Source: Actinomycetota bacterium (lineage in GTDB: Bacteria; Actinomycetota; UBA4738; HRBIN12). From it: 64,000 nt of DNA. Below are positions 1-8,703 of this stretch, one piece after another (within the stretch, counting starts at the first letter, position 1; each line of letters starts with the position of its first letter). The stretch spans positions 13,902 through 77,901 of the forward strand of contig JBKPKU010000051.1 in the NCBI GenBank assembly GCA_046731295.1, read 5' to 3'. The notes beneath the pieces were generated by a model that did not search any database, was not told where the DNA came from, and saw only the letters and a program-made list of their open reading frames with translations. The position numbers and the translations under genes were made by a program.

Positions 1-1793
1 ACCACGACCACGCGCGAGGGCCTGAACGCCCTGCCGAGGTGCTCGGCGACCAGGTCCGAGAGCTCGCGCGGCAGATCGTCCGGCGGCTCGCCCCTGGCGA
101 CCACGAAGCACCAGATCGCCTCGCCCTTGACCTCGTCGGGGACCCCGACGACGGCGGACTCGGCCACGTTGGCATGGAGCGTTAGCACGCCCTCTACCTC
201 CGCGGGCCCCAGGCGCTTGCCCGCCACGTTCATCGTGTCGTCGCTGCGGCCGTGCAGGAACCAGAACCCGTCCTCGTCGACGCTCGCCCAGTCGCCGTGG
301 CACCACACGCCGGGGAACCGTCGCCAGTACGCGTCCAGGTAGCGTTCGGGATCGCCCCGCAGCCCACGCGTCATGCTCGGCCACGGCTTGCGGCAGACGA
401 GCTCGCCGACCTCGCCGGGCGCGGCCGGCGTGCCGTCCGGACGGAACACGGCCACGTCCATCCCGAGCGCCGGTCCCCGAAGCGTGCACGGCTCGAGCGG
501 GCTGATCGGGTGCGGGGACAGGAAGCAGGCCCCGACCTCGGTGCCACCGGAAAGGTTGATGATCGGCAGGCGCCCGCCGCCGACCTCCTCGAAGAACCAT
601 CGGTACGGCTCGGGGTTCCACGGCTCGCCGGTCGAGGCCAGGATCCGGAGCGACGACAGGTCGTGTGTACGGACGTGCTCATCGCCGGCGGGGATCAGCG
701 CGCGCACGAGCGTGGGAGACACGCCGAGCTGCGTGATGCCGTACCGCTCGACCATGTCCCACAGCCGGTCCGGCCCCGGATGGTTCGGGGCCCCGTCGTA
801 CAGGAAGACCGTGGCGCCGAGCGCCGTCGCCCCCACGATCTCCCAGGGCCCCATGATCCAGCCCAGGTCGGCGACCCAGTACAGGACGTCGCCCGGGCGG
901 ACATCGGTCTGGTAGGCAACCTCCTCGGCGATCTTCACCAGGAACCCGCCGTGCACGTGCACGGCCCCCTTGGGGGTGCCGGTCGTGCCGCTCGTGTACG
1001 CGATGAACAGCGGATGCTCGGGATCCAGCCGCTCGGTCTCGAAGCGGCCGGCGTGATCGGACAGGAGCTCGTCCCACCGGACGTCCCGCTCGGCGTCCCA
1101 CGGCGCGTCCCCGCGCCCCGAACGCTCGACGACCACCACGCGCCGAACCGACGGCGCAAGCGCGACCGCCTCGTCGGCCGTCTCCTTCATCGGCACCGGC
1201 CTGCCGCGGCGGGGGAACCCGTCCGCGGTGATCAGCACGGTCGCGCCGGCGTCGTCGAGCCGCCTGGCCACCGCGTCGGCGCCGAACCCCGAGAACAGCG
1301 GTAGCCACACGGCTCCGAGCTTCGAGCACCCCATGACCGCGACGACGGCCTCCGGGCTCGGCGGCAGGAAGATCCCCACCGCGTCGCGCGACCGGACGCC
1401 CATCGCGCGCAGGCCGTTGGCCAGGGCGTCCGAGCGCTCGCGCAGCTCGCGGTAGGTCACGCGTCGCGACGATCCCTCCTCGCCCTCCCACGCGACGGCG
1501 ATCGCCTGGGGCGTGCGTTCGGCCCAGCGGTCGACGCAGGCGTGGGCCAGGTTCACCGAGCCGCCGCCGAACCACGTCGCCCACTCGATCCCGCGGGACG
1601 TGTCCAGGACGCTCGCGTACGGCTCGAGGAACGGGAGGTCGAGGTCGCGCACCACCGCGTCCCAGAACCACTCGACGTCCTCGGTCGATCGCCGGATCAG
1701 CTCCTCCTCGGTGGCGATGCCGTTCGCACGCATGAAGCGCGTGACGTTCGCGCGCTCGACCACCTCGGGGGAGGGGCTCCACACGATCGTCAT
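1..1793 (-). CDS. AMP-forming acyl-/acetyl-CoA synthetase family protein (C-terminal end runs off the window)
   Basis: Absent from the ORF track because no stop lies inside the window. The minus-strand frame from ATG at 1793-1791 reads MTIVWSPSPEVVERANVTRF... It contains the AMP-binding signature PLFIAYTSGTTGTPKGAVHVH (about 958-1020) and HGRSDDTMNVAGKRLGPAEVE near the left edge. Confidence 0.85.
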   Translation of the reverse strand, partial: MTIVWSPSPEVVERANVTRFMRANGIATEEELIRRSTEDVEWFWDAVVRDLDLPFLEPYASVLDTSRGIEWATWFGGGSVNLAHACVDRWAERTPQAIAVAWEGEEGSSRRVTYRELRERSDALANGLRAMGVRSRDAVGIFLPPSPEAVVAVMGCSKLGAVWLPLFSGFGADAVARRLDDAGATVLITADGFPRRGRPVPMKETADEAVALAPSVRRVVVVERSGRGDAPWDAERDVRWDELLSDHAGRFETERLDPEHPLFIAYTSGTTGTPKGAVHVHGGFLVKIAEEVAYQTDVRPGDVLYWVADLGWIMGPWEIVGATALGATVFLYDGAPNHPGPDRLWDMVERYGITQLGVSPTLVRALIPAGDEHVRTHDLSSLRILASTGEPWNPEPYRWFFEEVGGGRLPIINLSGGTEVGACFLSPHPISPLEPCTLRGPALGMDVAVFRPDGTPAAPGEVGELVCRKPWPSMTRGLRGDPERYLDAYWRRFPGVWCHGDWASVDEDGFWFLHGRSDDTMNVAGKRLGPAEVEGVLTLHANVAESAVVGVPDEVKGEAIWCFVVARGEPPDDLPRELSDLVAEHLGRAFRPSRVVV

Positions 1794-1870
1794 CCGCTGC
1801 CTCGCTTCCGATTCCGGGCTTGTGGGTAGGCTGATGGCCCGGGGCCGGCGACGGCTCCCGAACCCAGCCT

Positions 1871-3322
1871 ATGGCCCACGACACCACGACGCAGACCGGC
1901 GATCCGGGCGCGCCCGAACGCGCCCCGACCGCCCCGCCTCCGCATCCGCGCCTGCGCCGCGTGTTCCTCGCCGTGACGGCCACGGTCTCCGCGTTCGTCA
2001 TGGTGATCGCGGCCGTGGCGATGGGAACGTATTTTTGGGCGCGCGGCCAGATCGACTACATCCCCGACGTCGCCGGGCCGACCGGCCAGGGATCCCAGAC
2101 GGCAGAGGACATCGCCGGCAAGTGCGCCGAGCGCGCGTGCAACTACCTCCTGCTCGGCAGCGACTCGCGTCAGGGCCTGTCCCCGGAGGAGATCGCCGCC
2201 TTCGGGAGCAATGCGCACATCGGGGGCGAGAACCGTTCGGACACGATCATGCTCGTGCACACGCGGCCGGACCGGAAGGAGGCCATCTTTCTCTCGTTCC
2301 CGCGTGATCTCTGGGTCGACATCCCCGGCATGGGCATGGGGAAGATCAACTCGGCGTTCGAGGGCGGGATCGACCACGGGGGCGCGCAGCGCGTTGCCCG
2401 CACCGTCAAGAGCATCACGGGGATGCAGATCCATCACGTCATGTACGTGAACCTGCTGGGCTTCCAGAAGGTGGTGGACGCGCTCGGCGGCGTGGACATG
2501 TGCGTGCCGTACCCGATGTACGACCCGCTGACGCTGCTCGACATCCCGGCCGGATGCCAGCACTTCGACGGCCGGACCGCGCTCGCGTACGTCCGCACGC
2601 GCCATCAGCCGTGCGACACGGTCCCGGACTTCGCGCGCATCAGCCGCCAGCAGCAGTTCCTGCGGGCGGTGATCGCCAAGCTCCTTCAGCCGGGCGAGCT
2701 GCTGAAGCTGCAGAACCTCGTCCCCGAGCTGCTCGGCAACCTCGTGGTGGACAAAGGCCTGAACCCGGCCGAGCTCGTCTACCTCGCCGGGCTGCTGCGC
2801 GGCGTCGGGACCGAGAACGCCGACTTCCGTGCGCTCCCGACCGTCCCCGAGGGGATCTACGACTCGAGCGGCCAGTACCTGTCGGTCGTTCGGACGGTGC
2901 AGCCCGATGCCGACGAACTCTTGCGCCGGCTCCGCGAGGGCAGGCCGCTCGGGGACCTCGGGACGCAGCTGTCCGGGACCGCGCCCTCGCCGGCCAACAT
3001 CGTGGTCTCGGTCGTCGAACGCGACGACGGCGCGCCGATCGCGAACACAGTGTTCGACATCCTGACCGAGGGCGGGTTCAACCAGTCGCCGGGGATCGTC
3101 GACGAGACCGTCGTCAAGCCGCCGGCGAAGGGGTCGATGATCCTGTACCGCTCCGGGGCCGAGGACATGGCAAAGGTCGTCGGCTCGTACTTCGGGAACC
3201 TCGACCAGGTCCCGGCGCCGGCCGGAACGCTTCCGCGCGGGCAGGACGTCGCGGTGGTCGTGACCGACCGGTACCACGTCCCGCCGCCGAATCCGAACGG
3301 CCCCGTCGACTGCCCGACGTAG
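1871..3322 (+). CDS. LytR-CpsA-Psr (LCP) family cell-wall glycopolymer ligase with C-terminal LytR_C-like domain
   Basis: N-terminal TM segment, then NYLLLGSDSR...RSDTIMLVHT...FLSFPRDLWVDIPG...GKINSAF...VNLLGFQKVVDALGGV...ALAYVRTRH, typical of LCP proteins. Confidence 0.9.
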   Translation: MAHDTTTQTGDPGAPERAPTAPPPHPRLRRVFLAVTATVSAFVMVIAAVAMGTYFWARGQIDYIPDVAGPTGQGSQTAEDIAGKCAERACNYLLLGSDSRQGLSPEEIAAFGSNAHIGGENRSDTIMLVHTRPDRKEAIFLSFPRDLWVDIPGMGMGKINSAFEGGIDHGGAQRVARTVKSITGMQIHHVMYVNLLGFQKVVDALGGVDMCVPYPMYDPLTLLDIPAGCQHFDGRTALAYVRTRHQPCDTVPDFARISRQQQFLRAVIAKLLQPGELLKLQNLVPELLGNLVVDKGLNPAELVYLAGLLRGVGTENADFRALPTVPEGIYDSSGQYLSVVRTVQPDADELLRRLREGRPLGDLGTQLSGTAPSPANIVVSVVERDDGAPIANTVFDILTEGGFNQSPGIVDETVVKPPAKGSMILYRSGAEDMAKVVGSYFGNLDQVPAPAGTLPRGQDVAVVVTDRYHVPPPNPNGPVDCPT

Positions 3323-3326
3323 GCCG

Positions 3327-4514
3327 CTACGGCCGCGGCTCCGCGCGGGCCTCCAGCACGGTCGCGAGCTCCGCGAACGCCACCTCGGGCACGTACCGGT
3401 CGCGGATCAGCGCCCGTCCCGCGTCCCGAAGGCTCGTCCACAACGCGTCGTCGGTCAGCACGCGAGCGGCCGGGCCGGCCATGGTCTCGGGACGATCCGC
3501 GACCAGCAGGTGCTCTCCGGCGACGACCTCGAGGCCCTCGGCCCCCTCGGCCGACGTGACGACCGGGAGCCCGCGCGCGAGCGCGTTCAGCACCTTGACC
3601 CGGCTGCCCGAACCCCCGACCGCCACGTCCACGAAGCAGCGCGACCGCCGGTACAGGCGCTCGTCGTCGTCGACCGGCCCGGCGTACTCGACGCCGCGCG
3701 CCCGATGGGCGAGCCGGATCAGCGACTCGGGCGCACCCGAGCCGCCGACGACGAGCCTGGCCTTCGGCACGCGTTCGAGCAGGGGAGGGAAGCCCTCGGC
3801 GATGAAGCGCGTCAGGCCCTCGGCGTTCGGCGGCCAGGACAGGGTGGCGAAGAACAGCAGGACGGGATCGGGGGCGGGGTCGAGCGGGGGGCGTTCGGCG
3901 AGCGCCGGGTCGGGGACGTTCGGCAGGATGCACACGTCCTCGGGCACCTGGCCGAGCTCCAGCAGCGCACGCCGGTCCGGTTCGGAGACGACGAACACGG
4001 TGTCGAAGCGCTCCAGGATCGACCGCTCGTAGCGGCGCACCCGGCCCGCCTCGAACCGCACCATCGCCCGGCGCGCGCGGCGACGCTCGAGGGCGGCGTG
4101 CCGCTGCCACATCACGTACTCGGCGTTGTGCTCGTGCAGCAGGCGCACGCCGGGGAAGCCCTCCGGGAGGTCCTGCGCCATGAGCCATCCGTCGACGAAC
4201 GCGAGGTCGTGGTGGCGGTCGGCGATCAGCTGCTCGATCCGTGCCCGCATCTCGCGGCTCCGGTTGCGTTGGACGCTGAGCGGGACGCCGGCCGCGTAGC
4301 TGCGCGCGAGGTTGAGGCCGGTGCGTCCGCGTTCGATCGGGACGGTGACGGTCTCGCCGTTCGCCCGCCGCCACGGGTCGGCGTCGGGGGTTCGGAACGC
4401 CGCGACGTCCACCGCGTGCTCGCGTTCGAGGAAGGAGAGCAGCGCCGCCGACTTGATCGTGCCGCCGCTGCGAGGGTCGTCGAGTCGGCGCGGCGTCAGG
4501 AACAGGATGCGCAT
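3327..4514 (-). CDS. GT4-family (GT-B fold) glycosyltransferase
   Basis: MRILFLTP start. The C-terminal half has a GT-B donor-binding pattern (GGSGSRVKVLNALARGLPVVTS). Its start lies 1 nt after the stop of the upstream tagA-like gene. Confidence 0.85.
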   Translation of the reverse strand: MRILFLTPRRLDDPRSGGTIKSAALLSFLEREHAVDVAAFRTPDADPWRRANGETVTVPIERGRTGLNLARSYAAGVPLSVQRNRSREMRARIEQLIADRHHDLAFVDGWLMAQDLPEGFPGVRLLHEHNAEYVMWQRHAALERRRARRAMVRFEAGRVRRYERSILERFDTVFVVSEPDRRALLELGQVPEDVCILPNVPDPALAERPPLDPAPDPVLLFFATLSWPPNAEGLTRFIAEGFPPLLERVPKARLVVGGSGAPESLIRLAHRARGVEYAGPVDDDERLYRRSRCFVDVAVGGSGSRVKVLNALARGLPVVTSAEGAEGLEVVAGEHLLVADRPETMAGPAARVLTDDALWTSLRDAGRALIRDRYVPEVAFAELATVLEARAEPRP

Positions 4515-4515
4515 C

Positions 4516-5265
4516 TCACGTCCGATCCACCAGCGCGAGGACCGGGAACACGAGGGTCGCGCGGGCGATGCGGGGCAGGCGCGCCGGCTCGAGCGCGAGT
4601 CGCCAGAGCCATTCCAGACCGGCCGCGTGGATCCATCCCGGCGCGCGCCGGAGCGTCCCGCCCCACATGTCGAACGCGCCCCCCACGCCCATCAGGACGC
4701 GCGCCGACGGCAGGAGCTCGGCGTGCTCGGCGATCCAGCGCTCCTGCTTCGGCGCGCCCAGTCCGACCAGCACGATCGCGGGCGACAGCGACCGGATGCG
4801 TTCCACGAGCTCGGCTCCGGCCAGTGGGTCGGCGCGGCCGTCGTCGCCGAAGGCCACGTCCGAGCCGGCGGCCTCCACGCGCAGGCCGGGGAGCGTCGAG
4901 CGCCACCGGTTCGCGGCGCGGTCGGCCGCGCCCTCCCGGCCGCCGAGCAACACCACGGACTCGCCCCTGGTGGCGGCCAGGCGCAGCAGGTCGGCGCCGA
5001 CCTCCACGCCCGGCCAGCGCCGCACGCGACGTCGGGAGCGGATCGACTCGACGAGCGCGACGCCCGTGCCGTCGGGGAGCGCGAGGTCGGCGGTGTTGAG
5101 CACCGACGCGTACCGGTGGTCGCGCCTGGCCAGCAGGAGGATCTCGGGGTTCGGGGTGAACACGCGATGCGGACGCTCGTCGTCCAGCATGCGCCCGAGC
5201 TCTCGGAGCAGCTGTCCCTCCGAGTCGAGCTCGTCCAGCTGCACGCCGAAGACGGATGGCGTCAC
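4516..5265 (-). CDS. WecB/TagA/CpsF (GT26) family glycosyltransferase
   Basis: VFTPNPEILLLARRD...LALPDGTGVAL...VVLLGGREG...IVLVGLGAPKQERWI...GVGGAFD. The ORF-track start at 5658 is an Arg-rich extension. GTG at 5265 overlaps the upstream stop (GTGA at 5262-5265). Confidence 0.8.
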   Translation of the reverse strand: MTPSVFGVQLDELDSEGQLLRELGRMLDDERPHRVFTPNPEILLLARRDHRYASVLNTADLALPDGTGVALVESIRSRRRVRRWPGVEVGADLLRLAATRGESVVLLGGREGAADRAANRWRSTLPGLRVEAAGSDVAFGDDGRADPLAGAELVERIRSLSPAIVLVGLGAPKQERWIAEHAELLPSARVLMGVGGAFDMWGGTLRRAPGWIHAAGLEWLWRLALEPARLPRIARATLVFPVLALVDRT

Positions 5266-5981
5266 GGGCGGTCGCCGGCGCCGGCGCGGGCGAAGGCCTC
5301 GTGCAGGCCCTCGGCGCGCTCGCGCAGCCGAGCCGGGACCTCGCGCCGATACCGCTCGCGGATCTCGCCCTTCATGCCGTCGCGCGTCTCGGAGGGCCTC
5401 GGCACGATGCGTTCGAGGTACTCGCCGCCGCCGCGCCGCGCGCGCCAGTCCTCTTCGATCTCGCGCAGGCACCTCGCGACGTTGTCCTGGGTCGGCTCGA
5501 ACTCGGCGAACGCGGTCCCGAACCGCGCGTTCACGCGCCGCGTGATGCGGCCGACCTCGCCGCCCACCACCTCCGCGAACGACCCGATCACGAGGTCCTT
5601 GCGGTAGGGGAGCAGCGGCTCGTGGAAGTCGACGTACCCGCGCAGCACGCCGGCGCACGTGCGCCCCGGGTGCCGGATCACGCTCGAGACCACCGCGCCC
5701 TCCGGGTCCCGGACGAGCACGAGGGCCGGCACGCCGAGTCGAATCGCCGCGATCACGTGGCCAGGCGCGTGGGTGTGGTGGGCCACCTTGAGCCGCGCCG
5801 GCTCCTGCGCGAGGTTGAACGCGGCCAGCGCGAACGACGACGCGGACCGCGGGAACGACTCGATCAGCAGATCGGTGTCCTCGGCGACGAGCTCGCCCTC
5901 GCCGCGCAGCCGCGCGAGCGGCTTGGCGAACGCCGGCCGCCGCGCGAGCCGCGTCATCACCCGATAGCGAACACGCTCCAC
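5262..5981 (-). CDS. Hypothetical protein, sulfotransferase-like (possible PAPS-binding motifs)
   Basis: IESFPRSASSFA resembles a 5'-PSB loop and LVLVRDPEGAVVSSVI resembles the RDPxxxxxS 3'-PB motif of bacterial sulfotransferases. Its stop overlaps the tagA-like start. The functional call is tentative. Confidence 0.55.
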   Translation of the reverse strand: MERVRYRVMTRLARRPAFAKPLARLRGEGELVAEDTDLLIESFPRSASSFALAAFNLAQEPARLKVAHHTHAPGHVIAAIRLGVPALVLVRDPEGAVVSSVIRHPGRTCAGVLRGYVDFHEPLLPYRKDLVIGSFAEVVGGEVGRITRRVNARFGTAFAEFEPTQDNVARCLREIEEDWRARRGGGEYLERIVPRPSETRDGMKGEIRERYRREVPARLRERAEGLHEAFARAGAGDRP

Positions 5982-6033
5982 CGGCGGATGCTACCGCTCG
6001 CCGCCGGACCGGCCGACGGCAACGAGGCCCCGG

Positions 6034-7032
6034 CTACGACGCTCCGGCGGGCACGGCGCGGGCGAAGAGCTCGGCCAACGCCTCCTCGGTCTCGAACACG
6101 ACGTCGTCCGGCCCGGCCTGCTCGGCCAGCCCGCCCGCGTTCGAGACGAGTGACGGCGTCCCCAGCCGCTGCGAGCGGGCGAGCGCCCCCGAGGACCAGG
6201 CCCCCCGGTACGGGAACACCATCCGGTCGGCGGCCTCCACCCACGCGTCGAAGTCCTCGTCGGACACGAACGCCTCGAGCAGCGTGACGCCGGGCGTGGA
6301 CGCCGCGAGCGCGCGCAGCTCCTCCACGTACCGGTCGGTGGCGTCGCTCGGGATGCGGACGGACCCGACCACGGAGAGCCGGCCCGGCGAGCCCGCGGCC
6401 CCGAACGCGCGGATCGCGCGATCGAACCCCTTGTCCGGCTGGAGGAAGCCGGCGCACACGAAGAGCGCTCCCTCCACGGCGTCGAGCCCCAGGCGTTCGC
6501 GCGCCTGCTCACGCGAGAGACGCGCATGCACCGCCACGCCCTCGGTGTGATCGATCAGCCGCCACCGTGTTCGGATCCGATACGCGTGCTCGAGCGCCAC
6601 CCGCTCGGCGTCGGTGTGGAACGCGAGTCGAGCCCGCGCGAACGCCAAGCCGAGCATCCGATAGTCGGGCCGCCAGCGGTTCGGCGGCACGTTGGCCTCG
6701 TGTAGGACGATCTCGACGTTCGAGCGGCGGAGCGTCAGGTACCACAGCGACGCAGCCGTGAGGACGTGCGCGGACGGTGAGCGGGGGCGGAAGTACAGGC
6801 CCGTCTCGTAGTGCACCACCACGCGGTCGAACCGGTCGCCGATCGCCGCCGCGTGCCGGAACGCCGCGCCGCCGATGAACGGCCTGCGAACGTCGCCGTC
6901 GCCGTCGGGCGGCGACAGCACGATTACGACGTGGCCCTCGCCCCTCAGCCGTTCGGCCTGCGCGCTCGCGTATGCCCCGATGCCGCAGTGACGAGGAGGG
7001 AAAGAGCTGACGATCAGGATCCGCTCAGGCAT
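6034..7032 (-). CDS. GT4-family glycosyltransferase
   Basis: The credible start MPERILIVSSFPPRHCGIGAYA at 7032 overlaps the upstream stop by 8 nt. The C-terminus has VFPYRGAWSSGALARSQRLGTPSLVS. The longer track ORF (to 7239) is an off-composition extension. Confidence 0.8.
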   Translation of the reverse strand: MPERILIVSSFPPRHCGIGAYASAQAERLRGEGHVVIVLSPPDGDGDVRRPFIGGAAFRHAAAIGDRFDRVVVHYETGLYFRPRSPSAHVLTAASLWYLTLRRSNVEIVLHEANVPPNRWRPDYRMLGLAFARARLAFHTDAERVALEHAYRIRTRWRLIDHTEGVAVHARLSREQARERLGLDAVEGALFVCAGFLQPDKGFDRAIRAFGAAGSPGRLSVVGSVRIPSDATDRYVEELRALAASTPGVTLLEAFVSDEDFDAWVEAADRMVFPYRGAWSSGALARSQRLGTPSLVSNAGGLAEQAGPDDVVFETEEALAELFARAVPAGAS

Positions 7033-8173
7033 CGGCCGCCTCGCGCAACACCGCCGCCGTCCGGCGCGCGGTCTCGTCCCACGCGTAGCCGGATGCACGC
7101 TCGATCCCGGCGGCGCGGAGCCGGGCGCGCAGCCGGGCGTCGGCAAGGACCGTTGCGATGCGTTCCGAGAGATCGTCGGGGTCGGCGGGGTCGACGAGCA
7201 CGCCGGCGCCTTCCACGAGCTCGGGGAGCGCGGCGACATCGGAGGCGATCACCGGCGTGCCGCACGCCATCGCCTCGAGTACCGGGAGGCCGAACCCCTC
7301 GTACAGCGACGGGTACACGAGCGCGTCCGCGCCGCCCAGGAGCGCGGCCTTGGTCTCGTCCGGGACGTAGCCGGTCAGCACGACCCGTCCGAGCGAGCCG
7401 GGCGGGACGCCGTCCAGGGCCTCGCGGACGCGGTCGCGACCGTCGGGGTCCCACGGACGCCCGCCCACCAGCACCAGCGTGGGCCGCTCCTCCGCCGGCA
7501 TCCGCCCGACGGCCTCGGCAAGCGCCGGCAGGTTCTTGCGCCGGTCCAGCCCCAGGAACACCAGGTACGGGCCGTCGATGCCGAACCGGCGGCGGACGCC
7601 CCGGACCTCGTCGTCGCGCGGTGGCCGGAACGTGAGCGTGTCGACCCCCAGCGGGATCGTCGCGATCCGCCCGGGCTCCACCCCGTAGAGCTCGATCACG
7701 TCCCGGCGCGTCGCCTCGGAGGGGACGATCACTCGCGTCGCGACACGCAGCGTGCGTTCTAGACCCGTGAGCCACCACGGCACGGTCTGCGGGGCGGTGT
7801 CGGGGTGGAAGCGGAACCCGAGGTCGTGCACGGTCACCACCTGACGCTTCGCGCGCGTCGGCGCAGGGACGAAGTTCGGCCCGAACAGGACGTCGAACCG
7901 CACGAACCACTCGACGCGCGGGAGGTCCAGCCGCGCGGTCATCCGGTTGAACAGCTGCGCCGGGATCGGCGTGCCGCGTTCGCGCAGGTTCGGCGCGGGG
8001 ACGTCGCGGAAGAAGCGCCTGCCGCGCAGGAACCCGCCGGCGTTCAGGTACCACGCCACGTAGTCCGACGCGGGATCCAGGACCGGCAGGCGGCGGATCA
8101 GGTGGTCGGCGTAGTAGCCGACGCCGGTCTTCTCGGGCGCCGTCGCCGGTCGGGCGTCGATCGCGACCCGCAT
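7025..8173 (-). CDS. GT4-family glycosyltransferase
   Basis: MRVAIDARPATAPEKTGVGYY start at 8173. It also shows VVTVHDL...YLVFLGLDRRKNL...LVYPSLYEGFGLPVLEAMACGTPVIAS (EX7E-type motif). Confidence 0.88.
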   Translation of the reverse strand: MRVAIDARPATAPEKTGVGYYADHLIRRLPVLDPASDYVAWYLNAGGFLRGRRFFRDVPAPNLRERGTPIPAQLFNRMTARLDLPRVEWFVRFDVLFGPNFVPAPTRAKRQVVTVHDLGFRFHPDTAPQTVPWWLTGLERTLRVATRVIVPSEATRRDVIELYGVEPGRIATIPLGVDTLTFRPPRDDEVRGVRRRFGIDGPYLVFLGLDRRKNLPALAEAVGRMPAEERPTLVLVGGRPWDPDGRDRVREALDGVPPGSLGRVVLTGYVPDETKAALLGGADALVYPSLYEGFGLPVLEAMACGTPVIASDVAALPELVEGAGVLVDPADPDDLSERIATVLADARLRARLRAAGIERASGYAWDETARRTAAVLREAADA

Positions 8174-8295
8174 CGCTAGCCGGTTCGGGGGCTGGTCTCG
8201 CCCGCGTGCGTTTCCATACGGCGTGCATCGTACCGACGCTGTCTGTCCGAACATGTTGCGATGGAGCGACGAAAACCGGGGCGGAAGGTCGGCGA

Positions 8296-8308
8296 TGATA
8301 CGCTCGCC
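8296..8308 (+). promoter_or_regulatory. Putative extended -10 promoter (TGA-TACGCT) giving a near-leaderless transcript for the 8314 gene
   Basis: TGATACGCTCGCC is identical to the 13-mer at 23889-23901. The TANNNT hexamer at 8299-8304 ends 9 nt before ATG 8314, and no SD sequence lies between. Confidence 0.4.
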
Positions 8309-8313
8309 CACCG

Positions 8314-8703
8314 ATGCCGAACGAGCCCGACGACCAGGCCGACGACGCACGATCGGTGCTCGAACGCGAGCTGTACTGGGGCGTCGACCCGAGCTCGGCC
8401 GCCGACCAGAGCACGCGCCAGATCCGGATCGCCCTGCACGACTTCGCCGCCGGGATGCGCGCGGACGAGCGCTCGCGCATCCCGCGGCGCGAGCCGCTGC
8501 TGGGCTCGGCCTCGTCGTGGAAGCGCCAGGTCAAGGGCTGGTTCTACGTCGTCCTTCGTCCGGTGACCCACCGCTACGACCGACTGCTCGGCGATCTCGC
8601 GACCCTGAACCGGATGCTGGCCGAGCGCCTGGCCGACGCGGAGGCGGAGATCGAGCGGCTGCGCGGCGCATCGGAGGAGCGCGGGTCCTCGGGGCAGACC
8701 TGA
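8314..8703 (+). CDS. Hypothetical protein with C-terminal coiled-coil-like segment
   Basis: Protein-like composition (LERELYWGVDP...WFYVVLRPVTHRYDRLLGDLATLNRMLAERLADAEAEIERLR). Its stop overlaps the next ATG (TGATG at 8701-8705). First gene of the plus-strand glycan operon. Confidence 0.55.
   Translation: MPNEPDDQADDARSVLERELYWGVDPSSAADQSTRQIRIALHDFAAGMRADERSRIPRREPLLGSASSWKRQVKGWFYVVLRPVTHRYDRLLGDLATLNRMLAERLADAEAEIERLRGASEERGSSGQT

Noticed and set aside
252-4374. Several long ORFs (252..1304+, 679..2001-, 1790..3277-, 2500..4032+, 2857..4374-)
   Set aside because: They overlap the well-supported acyl-CoA synthetase, LCP and GT4 genes in other frames or strands. Their products are Arg/Pro/Gly/Ala-rich with no recognisable domains. 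The same reasoning removes 3510..5099+, 4312..5607+, 6811..7635+, 7014..8534-, 9494..10858-, 11726..13156-, 13557..14975-, 14761..16137-, 18994..20778-, 20055..21494+, 20773..22374+, 22560..23891+, 26740..28524-, 36831..39326-, 42472..43998+, 46250..47728-, 47899..50418- and 49395..50657+.
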